DNA of 64,000 bases, from contig CM060732.1 of NCBI GenBank assembly GCA_030704615.1, positions 18,290,001 through 18,354,000 on the forward strand, given 5' to 3'. The stretch is from Takakia lepidozioides. Lineage: Eukaryota; Plantae; Bryophyta. Within the stretch, counting starts at the first letter, position 1; every line of letters begins with the position of its first letter. A model generated the notes under the pieces. The model had not been told where the DNA came from. It ran no database searches and saw only the letters and a program-made list of their open reading frames with translations. The translations under genes were made by a program, and so were the position numbers. Below, in pieces: positions 14,011-28,400 of this stretch.

Positions 14011-14852
14011 AACGGGTATTTTTTCCAATTCCATGGAATGGGTGACAGTTCGGTGCAAATGCAGAAGTCAGGCTAGTACAGAGGAGCTCGCATCACTCCC
14101 ATGTGATTGACCATAAGCTTTTACTTCTCACTGTTCCAGTGCCCCTGGTGGGCACGGAGGAGACATTGGCTTCCTTCCTCTAGGGAATGAGCCTCTGGCA
14201 TGAACAAGGACAGTTGCTAAATTTCAGTGTCAGTAAGATTGAAGCAGTTCATTTTCTTCTACATCATCGCAGCTCATGAACTTCTTTGATTCTTAGGTGT
14301 TGATTTTTTGATGAAGAAATGTTATATTCACAAACCTGTGGGCTCCCTACATAAACACAGTTGTTCTTACTAGTATGGTTGCTCAATTTGGTTTTCAGCA
14401 CAAATGAGGGAGAGGAGGGTGTCAGAGGTAGTAAGGGCTTTGACACACCAAGCCAATTTCTAGTGCTCCGCCATGATGGAAGTGAATTTCTCACTTCCAG
14501 GTTAAAAACCACCCACCTCCCTGTTATGAAGCTTCAGCACTAGGGTTTTGGAACACTAGGGTTTATTCTGAGAGGACTGATTTATCCTCAAATTTCAGCA
14601 TCACTTTGCCGAGTTTTAGCCCGAATACTTCATTTGTTTGTGTTATGAAACAATCATTCGATTTGCACCATCACGAGGCCCGTGGCATTAGAATGATTTA
14701 CAAGATTAAGATTACAGATGTTAAGTGAATTCTGAAAATTTGGAATACCTTGGTTTGCATTGACCACAAGTGTACAGTAAAGAATAATGCATGTCATTTC
14801 ACTTGAAAATCATTGTATCATTGTGGACATCGCTTTTCTTAAATGCTATAGA

Positions 14853-15121
14853 TTGTACTCATAAGACGTTGTTTGCCATAGCCTTGTGGCCATTGACCCC
14901 GCGCCCAGTTTGAGCGGGAACAAAAGGGACAGAACCTACCTCTGTCAGGGGCTGACGTTGGTAGTAAGACTTACCTTCATATAAAGAATTAATCCGGGTT
15001 TTCCAGATATCCTCTAGAAATCCCTTCACACAAGCATCAATCTGCTGTGTGTGATTTGCCCAAAAACTAGGCCTCAGGAGGGCCTGGGCTTTTGGCTCAG
15101 CCTCGAGACTTTCAAAGTTGG
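14853..15121 (-). mobile_element. 269-bp 5'-truncated LINE-A copy in the 3' region of the kinase gene
   Basis: Near-identical to 34199-34465; 15-bp TSD cttaaatgctataga (14838-14852 / 15122-15136). Confidence 0.93.
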
Positions 15122-15301
15122 CTTAAATGCTATAGAGAAGAATTTTGTGGTGAAATTCTCTCTAGGTTTGACGGGGCACAAGCATCATCCTTCTCAGTTG
15201 CTGAGAGGGCTCAACCACCCTGCATAGCTTGGATATCTTGAAATAGATACAGCAACTACGTTGACCCCTTATGATGGCATAAGAGCGTCTTGACTTCAAT
15301 C

Positions 15302-18300
15302 TTAAAACCCTGCCCAACCAGCTGGTTGTGCTCGTTTTTCGAGCCGTGCACAGCCCTGCAGTTTGGAAGACTTGCTGCTGGCTGTTGTACTACTACCAAG
15401 AGAAGTGTTTGTTTCTTGGAAAGCCCTCCCAATTGAAGAGACCTGACTGGGGGCAAAGCTCCACTTGTCCTCTCCACTAAGGCTAGCAGCCCTGGAGTGC
15501 TGTTGGCTTCCACGTTGCTCATCTCCAGGTGCCAAAGCAAATGAGTAGGTGGCATTGCTAGAAGGGGTTTGGTTTTGCAGATTTCCTCTACCTTGTCTCG
15601 GAGAATCTCCGAATGCTTGCCATGGATTGGCCAGCACCTGCTGACTACGACTGATGCTATTTGGAGATGGACCTTCCCTTGGCTGTAACATCAAACAGAG
15701 CTGCAGCATTAGTGTGCCTGCACCACAAAGTCAATCTGGCTGATGTAAGCCTATGCACCTAGCTAAGTCTTTCGACCAACAACAACCTTAGCTAAGAAAG
15801 TCGTCTACGTCAGTACAGGGTAAAGACTCCATACAGACATTAAAACATATTGTTGTCAATCCAAAGGTGAAACCTATGGCACAACATAGAGAGTGCAGGC
15901 TTAACAGCAATATATTGTCAATCACAGAAGGACGAACAGAAAATGCAGTTGATACCTTGCACATTGGAATGAGAACACTCATGACGAAGAGGTACCACCC
16001 TGATAGGTCGTGTATGAAGAACATAGACTCAAAACAGGAGATTTTAAGAATCCTTTTTTATTTACTGGGTATATTTAACATACTTGATGATTTCTTCTTT
16101 TTTAAGTCTTACTATCTCTGCCTAGACTTGGAAGGGTTTCAAGATGGAAAACCAAATTTCCTCTTTGAATCATATCTGCAGTGGAAGGAAGACGGCTGAA
16201 ACAGAACAGTGCCAGCCAGATGAATGAGGCCAATCAGAGAACATCAATTAAAAATTTGCGTGGTTGAGAGTACATGCCTGTTCCGAAGCCTGTCCACCCC
16301 CTCGTGATCTTTGCTGCTCCTGGACCTTGCGTGGTGGAGGTTGTGGCGAAGATACCCTTGCTGAGGGTAATCTATGCAAAGTGCTTTGATTATTACCCGA
16401 AACAACAGATTTTAGCTCTTGAATTTCTTGCCTCTGAGAACGGCAAATGGCTGCCAGCTTTTCATACTTGGCTGTCATTTCTGCTTTCTCTGACAGAGCC
16501 TGCTTCAAATCCAGCTTCAACCTGTTTATCTCATCGTGAAGCTGCTTGTTCTTCCCCAACTGGTCAGTGTGATGAGACTGATCAAACTCAGCAGCAAAGG
16601 CATTGAAAGCTGGGTCATTTGATGGCTTTGCAAGGTCTGGAGCTGCAGGCTTGTGTGAAGATCCCATTCCATGAGATAACCGAGATGGGCCTCCCACAAC
16701 TTGTGACGAGTGAGCAGAACCTTCAGCAGGATGGGCTGTACAAGAAGGCACTGCAGAATGGGGTGGATGAGAAGCTACAGCAGGGTTAGGGGCTTGTGAA
16801 GAAGCTCCTGCAGCCGTCCCTGATTCATCATCATTTTTCCATTCATAGTTATGTCGCATCTCATACCCCTGCATGTCAGGATCAACACGGCCCCGACCCC
16901 CGGCATACCTTTCTTGTCAAGCCTGCCACACCACTCACTTTCAGGAAGGAACTCCGTTCCTTTAGAGGACTGATGTTGGTCTGTCTGGAGAGGGAAGGTG
17001 GACTCCTAGGCCTAGGCGGTGGCATAGTCTTGATCCCATCACCCTTTTCGCATGTAGAAGATTTTGCCACTGCTTGTGCAGCAGCATGCGGTCTTGACCA
17101 AAAAGCACCCACTGCAGGACTGCTGCTCCCTGTCCCATTTTGTGCTGGATGATGCTCGGTCTCTTTTGGAGGCATCGGGGTTGCTCTTGTGGGCACTACT
17201 ACTGGAGCCTTGGAAGTCCCAGGAGTACTGTCTGATGTACCATATACACAAGAGCCAATGGCAGTAAATGACTTAGCTTCAAAGCAATTTTGTGCATGAG
17301 GAACCTTGGGGCAGCAGCAGAGATGTAAAAATTCAGGGCCTTCGCAGCCAGAAAAGTGGAGTTTGACCTCTACTGGATTGATTTTCATGCCTCTCATCCA
17401 TGCATGGGGGAAACAAGCAATCAGCCTTGCATGTACTGCTGGACAAATGGAAGTGGTTTTCGATGTTGAGGCGTACCTGGATATGCTTTGCGAAGATCAG
17501 AGGGGAGTGCCTCATTCACACGCTGCCAGACCTGCATCCCATTCTCACACAATGAGTTTGAAAGACTGGAAAGGAAGAAACCTCCATGCAGAATTGTGCA
17601 TATACTTCTGCACACTGGCATGCACATATCCTGCTGCGACGGCACTAAATAGATGAGGCAGATGAGGGGGGCCAAATCGAGTAAAGCCCTTGCCTGCGTA
17701 ACATCTGGCCTCGCCCATGGACTTGCAGGCATGCCTCTGATCAAATCAGTAACTGGAGCACTATATCTTGGCACATCAGGTATTCGGTAGTTGCCATTCA
17801 GTATTTGCAATTTTGACTCACCATCGAACGCTGACTTCAGGTAAGCGATTCTATACAAAAGACATCCAAGTGCCTGCAATACCACAGATAACATTTCGGG
17901 TCAACAGAAACAAGTCGGGAAAAAGAGCTTCCCAGGACTGAGCAATAAACAGCTACATCCTGAGCATATCTATCGCCAAAACATCCACAAGAAGATTGAA
18001 GAATACGAGGGATACATACCCAAACGTCAACTTTCTCACTAATAAGCTCCCTTTGATAGAGATCCCACATCTGCAAAGCTCCGATCAGGCAGTAAGAATC
18101 AAAAAGTTCTGCCCAGGAAAAGAGTCACTCAGTACTATGTGGAAAAGTTCTCATGTCACATGTTTACAGACAAATTGTATCCAGAAGCTTACCTGTTGAT
18201 ATAGCATGGCTTGAGCTTCTCTGACATCTGATTACTCAAAACTGCACCCAAGGTTTTGTTGGCAGAATCGTCCACTCTGCATCACTCACTGAGGCAACCC

Positions 18301-19373
18301 GCTCCTCTTGTGATGCATGTGATGCATGACTGAGGTGTGCAATAGTGGTGATGATATCTACACAACCCTTGAATAGAACTTCACAACTGTAAGAACTAAA
18401 TTGGTAATACACTACTTGGCAGTACAAATTGATGTAAAACAATTAAAACTGAATGCCAACCAAGAAGGAAAATCATTCAGTTGAATTGGTGTAAGGAATT
18501 ACCTCTGGTGCCCGATAAGCTGGAGTGGTGTACTTTCTGATATTATCTTCCTCCAACCCCATTTCATCAGGCTTCTCGAATCGCTTATGATTTGGTGAAG
18601 TGCTCCCAAAGTCGCACAACTTCCATAAACCATCCACACCCAATAGCACATTCTCTGCTTTCAAATCCCTGCACAGATCATAAGATATCAAATTAAACCA
18701 TCCTCTCTGCTAACTTAATCGTCAATTACAGCTATTCAACTTCAGAAAACTCTTCGTAGCTGGCGGTGTTCAGCAAACAACTGAATTGAAAGGGAAGATT
18801 GGTCATGGATTTGTCTGACGATTTTTCTGCAAGACATCACCCGCACTGATCCATTGCCACCAACCCAACAGAGAAGCAACAATGCAGAACAGCGAAAAGG
18901 TGAGTCGTCGACCTGTGAGCTATTGGAGGCGATTGACAATGCATAGCATACACAGCATTACAAATTTCCCGGAACATGAGAAGCAACTGTTTCTCCTCGA
19001 GGAAGTCAACCCCTCTGTCGTCCAGCACACTTACAAGCATCTTGTCACAGAAATCCATGACGAGGAAGCATTCTTTGGTCCGTCCCATATCATAAACGAC
19101 CTGGGCATGCAGCGTCACGATGTTTGGATGGCCTCGCAACACCTTCATCACTGCAACTTCCTTTTTCACCAGATCTACGGACTCCATATCATCACATATA
19201 ATGTGCTTCAATGCATAGTTTCTCCCTGATTGTGCATCTCTGGCAAGATACACACAGGAGAATCCACCCTGAGCTATAATGCTTCGCACTTGCAGCTTCA
19301 GGGATCCGACGTCCACCGACTTCCCCTCCAGGGTCCCCTGCTCTTTGGCAATAAACTGCTTGAGGCGCCACAT
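15302..19373 (-). CDS. NAK-family (AAK1/GAK/BIKE-like) Ser/Thr protein kinase with a low-complexity and coiled-coil C-terminus, multi-exon
   Basis: MWRLKQF..IAQGGFSCVYLA..YALK..HPNIV..PPIAHR/DLKAENVLL..KLCDFGS..YTTPAYRAPE/MWDLY..EKVDVW/ALGCLLY; the last exon ends QPAGWAGF*. The C-terminal exon structure is less certain. Confidence 0.9.
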
Positions 19374-19881
19374 AACGCCTCCCCCTCTCCAACCCAATAC
19401 AATTCTCCCTTTACAAACTAAGCCCGAAACCTCCAGATCTTGCCAAACTCGTCAATGCCGCTGGCATTGGGAAGAATTAGCTCATCAGGCGACCCGGATC
19501 AGCGCCTCTCAGCTCCCCCACTGCTCCTTCCCTCCTCATACCCCCTACTGAGAACACAGCCCACATGTCCAGCCCAAGACATGTCGCAGAATTGGTCGCT
19601 GGGAGAGTGTGGGTGCCTGCCTGCAGCATTGATGCACAGCCCACGACGCTGACCCACAACCCACAACGCAATTCCGCTGTCGATGCGAAGATTCGACGGT
19701 GGATTGGGCGGGTTGAGCCCAGAGCCGTCGATGCAGACATCGTACGGCGAGTCGCGTAGGCTGTGGGCGCGCCAAGTGTTGCAAAGCCACAACAAGGGAG
19801 CACTGGAATGCGTGCAGGGGATGGAAAAATAACTTTATGCGAGAGATTTGGTTTGAGGATCGCACATAAAGGCGCCCACAG
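19374..19881. promoter_or_regulatory. Compact divergent (bidirectional) promoter/5' UTR region between the kinase and the cyclophilin
   Basis: The two start codons are 508 bp apart, head-to-head; the region is CpG-rich compared with the introns. Confidence 0.6.
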
Positions 19882-22096
19882 ATGTCTGTGACGATGTCTT
19901 GTACGCACGGATCGCTGGACATTGTGCTCTTTACCAAGGATGCTCCCAGGTCAGCCGTTAGGTAGATAGGTCTTGTACGGCAGCAGATGTTATTCTCAGG
20001 GCTTCACAGGTCTCCAAATTCGCAGGTATGAGTGAAAGGTGGTTGTTGCAGGATGGGGTTCAGGGGATGTCAGGATTAGAGGAAGTATTGAATGGAGGGG
20101 AAGAGCCTTGCCTGTGGAGCTAATTTGATTCGGTGTTTATACTGAGGATAGGGAAACCCTCGTGACAAAGCTTGAGATGACTGTTTTGGGGGTTGTCGTG
20201 ATGAATTATGTAGGTCGATTGTGAGTCCAACCTTTCCAGCCTCCTTCCCAATTCCTGAGCGACAGCGCCAGACAGCAAATTGGTTGTCAGGTAATAGTGC
20301 GTAAAGAGCGCAGATTTCAGATACTTGTTGTCCGTGATTTGCAGCGTGTGATGAAGGTGTATATGTGCTTTTATTATTCTCCAGGACATGCAGGAACTTC
20401 CTGGAATTGTGCAAGGCAGGCTACTATGATGGGATCACTTTCCATGTATGCCACCTTTCTCTCACAATGGCACTCACTGTAACGGCGCTCTGTGCCTAGT
20501 CCTTCCCCAGTACATTCTCCCAACTACATGCCCTGTTTAAGGCTTTTCCTGGGGTAGAATCACCGGGAAGATATCAGAAAGGATACAGTAGGGTTGCAGG
20601 AGTGGAATTTCCTAGAAGGAGACCACCCAGCCTCTCCCTGTGCCAACTATTCTTCCTTCAGAACTAGTTCAGAAATATCTTTTTGGCATTTTTGTTATCT
20701 CACATTGGAGATACTGAAAGTTTCCTTGGTGTGAAGCAGAAGATTGTTACAACCTTCATGTGTCAGACTGGTGATCCTTCAGGTAGGATTCTCAGTGATT
20801 GCTTAACTTGAACTATCTCTTTTGTGTGCTACAGTAGTGGACTCAAGCAAATATTAACAATATCAACTCATAAGCAATGCTATGTAGAACTGCAAAAGTT
20901 GTCCAGTTCTATGGGATGTTCTTCGGCATGTTTTGATTGACTGGATGAGAGGAAATGCATCAACTGGAGGTGAACACAGCCAAATGAATCTCCCCTATAG
21001 AAAGCTCTCAGCAAGACAAGACTCTTGCAGGATCTGGCAGGGGTGGCGAATCAATCTATGGCTACAAATTTGAAGACGAAATGAGTGCAAAACACAGCCA
21101 TGATAGGAAGGGGATTGTGTCTATGGCCAATTTTGGACGGAATACTAACACTTCCCAGTTCTTCATCATTTTTAAACCTGTAAGTGAGACAGACTCTAAC
21201 TGCAGCTCTACTGTCTTGATTCTGTCCCACCCCACACAGCAGAATGAAGTACTAACCTGCGGGCAGTGGGGTCGTGCAGAGCCCTCATTTGGATGGCAAG
21301 CACACAGTCTTTGGACAAGTGAAGGAGCATTCTCTGTGGGTGCTCGACAAAATGCAGTATGTCAAGGCCAAAGGCAACAAACCTGTTATTCCTGTGAAAT
21401 TGTAACTTCTCTCTTTCCAGATTCAACCACCAATTTGGAATATATATCGGTAGAAGCCCCGGAAGAGGCAATTATACGTGAGAGTGATTGTTGTGATGTA
21501 AGGGAATCAACAGGCCAGGCCAGGCCTCTACAGGCTTTTGTGCTACCTTTCTCTGAACTACAATCCATTAGAGCGAAGGGAACATAGAAAGTATCTTGAG
21601 AGCAACAATGTTCTACATGGTCTACTGAACAGTCGAGCAATTTTGCAAGCCGCTCATGCACAGCACATCTCGTTTCCTGTCCTCATTTGCTGCCCTCATT
21701 TTCAGGGGGAAAATGGTGTGTCAGCCAGCTCCCATCCAAGCAATTGCAATATCTAACCATGTTTTCCTTTGAGATTTCAAAAATCGCAGAAAGGAGGCTG
21801 GTTACTGAAATGAAACATTTGAGTTGACATGCGTGCCCATTTTTGCTGCCATGGAGACTGACATACTTTCAAGGACTCCACCTTCTTTCCTCTGCTGTAA
21901 TGCCAGGATTTTCCGAGCATCTCGCTGCATTCAAATTTTCAGCATGGCACTCAAACAGTCACATGATGAATGCAGATTTGTAGCAGAGGTGACCAAGGAT
22001 CCATGGGACGGTGAAGATTTACCTGCTGGTGCAAGCATCCCCATGAAACCATTGCTTCATCAACGATCCCATGTGGCTAGCTGCAGACTCATGTAG
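19882..22096 (+). CDS. Cyclophilin-type PPIase (PPIL1/PPIL3-like), 187 aa, 6 exons, C-terminal CaaX
   Basis: Exons 19882-19949, 20385-20445, 20740-20782, 21031-21179, 21280-21401 and 21976-22096 sum to 564 nt in one frame: [87 protein letters not shown]. Confidence 0.88.
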
Positions 22097-25000
22097 ATTT
22101 AGATTTGATGGTTGAGCCGGAAACTTGCCCGTATCATGTCTCTCTCACCCCCTCAAAACCAGTTGATGCTAACAGTTCACTAAACAGCACATCAAAACTT
22201 TTATTTCTGTAAAACCAGATCTGAGATCATGAAGCTTGCATTCTTGTTTCACCTTCACTTAGCCTCAATAGAGTATCTCGAACAGAGTTGTACTCGTCGG
22301 AACACAGCAGGATGGGAGAGGGAGAGAGTTGCCAAATTTTACTCTTGCTCCCCATCTGTTGCTTTGAAGCATGTGTGTATTTCCCAACCATTCATGAACC
22401 TTTTTGAAGCTGGGTAGACAAGGGCCGATGGTCCTTCCAATGGGAGGCTCATCCCAAGACATTCACAAGAAAGCATTATCCAGCTCTCAGAAAATATAAA
22501 GTTACACCTATTTCCCGACGGCTCTCTCAGAACCTATTCACATGCCAAAGCTGTTGTGTCTGTAGCTCCTACTCCAAAGGGCACAAAACATCCACGAGGG
22601 ATTAGAGCGAAGTAGTTTATTTCTTTGTGTGGAACTGCACTTAGTGTTGGACCCAAGTGCCTTGCATTACTGGTCAGTAAGCAGCCAAGTTACAGCCTCT
22701 TAGTCACAACATTTCTAACATATCATTGCTGAGTCTCTTATACAATCCAAAATGGAATATGGTGACCTATCCTGCTCTCACTAACAAAGCGGTAGCAAGA
22801 ATTCTGAAGAATCCTGAATCCCAGCCCTCTACTCATTTAGTGTTAGTTTGCCCTTACAACTGTTTTGGTTTAGTTTGCAATCTAGGCCTGTTGTTGCAAA
22901 TGACACTACCAATCAGGACCAATCTTCCTGGAGCAGCTCCATTTGTGCCAAACCTTTAGTCTTTGACCATGTGAGCGAGAAACCCTTGACCATCTGCACA
23001 GGCTTATCCCCCCTCGGCAAGTAGGCACAGACTTATATTTATTGATCTGTTCCACAGGCAATCAACCCCAGAACTCTCAAACATTATAGAAGTACATACT
23101 ACATCTGGGTAGATTACTCCATTTGTGCCATTTGTCTTCAAGGGCAGAAAGCCAGTTAATCCCCAATCAGCGAGTCAGCACAGACTTCCACAACTATTTG
23201 GCAAAAGTCCAAGGCCGTGGCATGCAAGGAAGTTCATGTTTCTGACATTAGGTGGCAAGTCTAAACAGACTTACTAGAAACTTCTGCAAGTCGGTGAAGG
23301 CTTTTAGTGGCGGTTCTCGGGAGTCAGCCACAGCCTTGGACAGCATATCTCGCAAGTGGTTCAAAGCCTTTGCATGTTCCTGAGGTGGTCTGATAATGGT
23401 GGAAAAACCGGTGGTGAGTTGTCAGTACAGGCTGCCCAATTATTCCAGGTCTTCACCGAATTACACCCACTTACATGTGCTGTATGAGGTTCCTGCATAC
23501 ATTGACGCCTTATTCACTCAACCCTTTAAGCCATGACAAACGAAAAGAAAGACAAATGAACTCACTCTAAACTATTGCGTGTCCATGACAGTTGTATCCA
23601 GTATCTTTTCACAACAACTATAATCACTAAGTCGTAGCTTGAATGTGTTGAGCTTTTGAATCACACTCTCTGAGAATGCAGTTCTGTGCCTTTACACCCT
23701 TGTCAAATGATCCTCGCACCAATCTACACAACTAGCATCAGATCACCCATCCAACCAAGAGCTTCCAGCCATTCCAAATTCTGCACAAAAACAAAGAGGG
23801 GCTATAAAACAGAAATTGACATACTGCAACTAGATAAAAGGTGGATGTACAAACGAAAAGTTGTTGCACTCACACATGAATCACAAACACTTCAAGCTTG
23901 CCAACTTGAACTAGGACAATCTTAAAATACACTAATACCAACAAGTTTTGTGGAAGCAAGTTACCTAACTCAGACAATTGCTGAACCAGCTTTGACACTG
24001 AACAAATACAGCACAGATGGTGGGTTTCATAGGTTTGTCTGAGACAATCCACTCCAAAGATCAGTCCCAATCTGAGATCCAGGCAACCCGGAGTTTGGTC
24101 AAGCCACTACATGATCTGATAAATAGAACGAGTTGCTGTGTTGCCATTCCACGCATATTGTCATTTTGCTGTAGTTTGCGCTTGTGGAACAATCAGGGTT
24201 TTCACACCAGTATACATGATCTCTTCTCCCATGAGAATCTCCATGAAAACTACCATTTAGACACATCACCAAGGCATGCTCGCTCTCCTAGCCCACAGCA
24301 AATCCCCCTGGAGGCGACTGTCCCCTCTCAGAAAGGAGCATATATCGATCCCTGGTGAAGTCTAGCAGATAAGAAATCTGCCTCTGGCGCACGTCTCGGC
24401 TTCTGCATGTGCCAAGTCCCAGGAGCTACAGTCGATTGCATAGAGACCCCCGGAAATTATCTGACAGGGTGCCTGGCATTTCCCTGCATCTCCTGTATCC
24501 AGTTCCCCCACACTCTCACAGAGAAAGACCAATATAACGCGCGCCTAGGCCCTTTGATGATGCTGGCACCTTCACTGAGCCATTACATTCCTGAAGAAAA
24601 ATCAAATAGCCCCGCCAAAGGCATCCTGAATAGACCAACAAACAAAGTTTAGACTGTAGAAACAAAATTGAGTACAGCAACACCTAGCAGAAACTCATCT
24701 AGGTATGCCAATCGGAAATGATATTAGGCTTGATCTCAGCAAGCCTCCTTCGTCAATTAACCATTAAGACAAATAAAAATGAAGGAAGGGAGAGGGAGAC
24801 ACAAACAAAGACAGAAACAGGTTGATAGTTACTTGTTTTGTGGTGGAGAGGCCCACATCCCACACACACACACACAGCAAAACATGCAACTGTGTTGATG
24901 ATACAACTGAGGAAAAGCAGAACGCACTCAACAGACTGTTGAAGATGGTTTCATGCATTGTAACTTGGCGTTCATTTAATCATCGGCTCTACCTTGAATT

Positions 25001-25468
25001 GAAACAGCCCACTTTCACATTCTAAAATATCCATTTCACATCCACATTAAGACTGTCTACTTCTGCTCTTTACATGAATTGACAGCAAAGTACAGAGCTG
25101 CAAATAAGTAGGATGACGAGCAAAGGAGGTACAAACTGACGGTACAGACAAGACAAAATTCCACTGCGAACTACCAAACTGTTCCAGGTAGTAAATCAAT
25201 TCTTTGAGGTCTAGGTTCCTACATAAGACCAGTTTCGGAGGGAATGCCCCACAGCTGAGAAACAAAAATCGTATAGTATAATGATTCCTGTCCATGAAAT
25301 CCTGGGCGAAGGGATGCTTAATAGGAGGAAGATTGGCTGGTCCAAACCCATAGGTCATAACAGTGTCAGTATGGAGGGCCCCCGGGTAACAATTGAACCC
25401 CTGGTCCATTATACAGGCGCAACTTTACAGAGCGAAGTAAGTTTGAAGTGTCGCAAACACAAAACCTA

Positions 25469-28400
25469 TCACACTTTCACCAATGGCTTGGACTCCGCGC
25501 TGCTTTTGACCTCCTTAAGAACTAATCCACTTGTAGGAGCTTCCTCAAGTTGAACCACTTCAGTTGATGGGGGAGCTGTCATGGGTGGCGGGGTCCATTG
25601 ATCAGGAATCATAATAAAATAGGTTGACATGGCCTTGCGGAAGCGTTTCTTATACTGTTTAGGAGAGATCACTGTTGGTGGGGCATCTTTCGGTCCACCA
25701 AGAATTCCAGAAGCTTTAACCCATGTCTCAAGATGTTTATCCCAAGTATACTGCCGTATAAAATCAATGATGCCTATAACTAGCTCCTGCCGCTCTTCAT
25801 CAATCCCAACCAAAAGAGAATAATCCATCACATAAACACCCTGTCCCACCATACCCAGCCCACAAGGTAGTTACATCAGATTAGGAGCCTCGTTTACACA
25901 AAGCTAACCGCTGCAGAAATTTGCTGCTTAAAAGATAGCAGACTCTCAGTAGTGACTGTATGCTCCACATGCTTTTGTACAGTTGAGGTTCAGCAACTGT
26001 CCCCATTACAACAGACTTGATTCTCAGGTACCAAATGAACATTTCCAGCCCCTTGAATTGGAGGCATTCTAAAAGCAGAGTAACCCTCATGTTAGGTTAA
26101 GTGCAGGGATATACACAGAACGGTCAATATCCAAACATTTGCCCAAAACTATACAGAAAACCAAAGTCTGTGTAGGGCACAAAAATCAACTGACCGCAAG
26201 GAAAGCCGTGTCGGTCCAGACAGCTCGCTCAAGTAAGCGTTTGGCCTTGTTGCTCACAAAAATTGGGGTAGTGGGCATTGCTTCCAACAAGTTCTGGTCT
26301 AACAACACCTTGTTACTTCCAGTTGAGTCTGAGTTGTACCGTGACCTTTCAGAACCTTTTAGATCATATAGACGGGTAACATGGCGTCCATAGAGCAGAT
26401 TCTCCATCACCAACAGGTCCATCTTCACCTCCTTCCCTCCTTTTGCCTGCTTCACCGTTACCTGCAACAACACAAATCAACTTAACATTTAGAGCTGTTC
26501 ATTTGTCCAACAGCACAGGACACATTAGCCCTGACATGCCTCTGAAATCTTAGTTTACCAGCGGTGAAAGACCCTAGAGGTGAAGGGATGCACCTGATAA
26601 ACACCGAGAATCTTGGCCAGACATGTGGGGCTTCCTGAATTGAGAGACTCACACAGGTACTTGAAATATTCAGGTGCAAAGTCGAGGAACGAAACTTTCT
26701 CCGTGCTAGTGACTTGCTTGACCACAAACCGATCATCTGCAGTCTTGGCAAAGAACACATTGCTCTTGCCCCCATGAGCTCCCCACTTCTTGCACCTGCT
26801 CATTGAGCGAATATATTCTAAATCCCCACCACAACACTTCTTCCTCAGTGCATCAAACTGCTTGGCATAGTAGCAGGTAACCCAATATTTCATTTTCCCT
26901 TGAGGGGCTGGATCCGTGAAATGCACATTCACATGCAACGGCGTTATCGACACCAATGGGTCGTCAGCATATGTCTCCTTTGCTTTAGGTGCTAAGCCTT
27001 CCACTGGTGCTGCACTAATAGGTTTCTCTTTAAGAATCAGTTCACTGCCCAAGTCGCCACCTGAGGCCGCATCTACCAACTGGAGCGGGTGGGAAATACT
27101 TCCAAGATCCCCACTGCCATTCTCGTCTCTCTCTTTCGATTTCTCTCTTGTCTTCTCTTTCTCCTTTTCAAATGGTGCATCCCGAAGGTGGGCCTGCGCT
27201 TGAACCATATGCATTGTGAGGCATTTTAACAATTCAAATCTACATCTGTACTATCTGTGCACACCATGCAAGTGATCTGACTGCTCTGAACAAGGAAGTA
27301 CACTGCATATCCCAATTTAAATAGTTTTACCTCTACAAGTCAGTTACGTAGTCCATAAGCAGCACAAAACAGTAAGAAAACCTAAAAAGACGAAACCAAT
27401 AAGCACAAACTCGCTTGCCTGGTATTCATGAGAGAGAATTGCATAGGCGATGATGCTTGTGGGCTCATCATCAAAGACAGCTATGACAGTGTCATTGATG
27501 CCAGGTGGCAAAAGGAGGTGTGCACCTCCTTGTGCTGCCAGCTGTCCTGCATGAGAGACAACCATAGGGGTGGGAGGGGGCCATTTGGCATCCCCCTTAG
27601 GTGGAGACCCTGCAATGCTGCCTTGACTCGACCCCGACCGGCTGTATCCTTTGTACAAACTCGAGAAGGGAGCTCCAATCCAACCCCCAAGATCCTCTGT
27701 TGCATCTTTTTCTCTCTCACCTGCTTTCACTGGTGAGGTTGGCGCACTTGCTTGTGAACTGGAGTCACCTACTCCAATAAGTTCCTTGGCTTGCAATGGT
27801 TCCCGTGCAGTGATGCCTTTCAGGCGAGGCAAGTCAGTAAGGACTCCACCCACAACAAACTCACATTCGGAAACACTGGTGGCAGGTTCGGTCCCTCCCT
27901 CTCTGTTGCCAATCTCATGCCCACTCCGTGTCAAGTGCACAGTCGAAACATCAATACAACTGCCTTCTCCTGTCCAAGCAGCATCCAAAGTATCTGAGAG
28001 GTTGGCCAAGATAGGAAAATGTCCCTCTGATAAGGTTCGCCTCACACCGAGTTCTCCTTCTGGAGGGGACGTTGAGCTTGCAAAAGCTGCATAAACTATC
28101 AATTTGAGTCTTCAGAAATTTGCAAACAGTCATTTCAGCAGCAAAGATTGATCTTCCACTTTCTTTCTCTCCCCACACAAACTCAAACTCAATGGTTCCC
28201 GCTCAAACTGGGCGCGGGGTCAATGGCCACAAGGCTACGGCAAACAACGTCTTATGAGTACAATCTCTCCCCACACATCTGATGCTTTCCTATGTGCCTG
28301 TTAGTAAAGGGTGTTGACAAGAAACTATATAAGGGGTACTGAACTTCAATCCTGGGGTGCAGAGGTTTCTTTCAAATAAACAACTCCATACTCCATGTTC

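Noticed and set aside
16869-16908. Ultra-short 40-bp intron in the kinase
   Set aside because: An in-frame AAA|GTGAGT donor 30 nt upstream gives an ordinary 70-bp intron.
22100-25400. Additional gene between the cyclophilin and FAB1
   Set aside because: Only short ORFs without recognisable motifs. Some minus-strand splice-like sites could be FAB1 3' UTR but cannot be supported.
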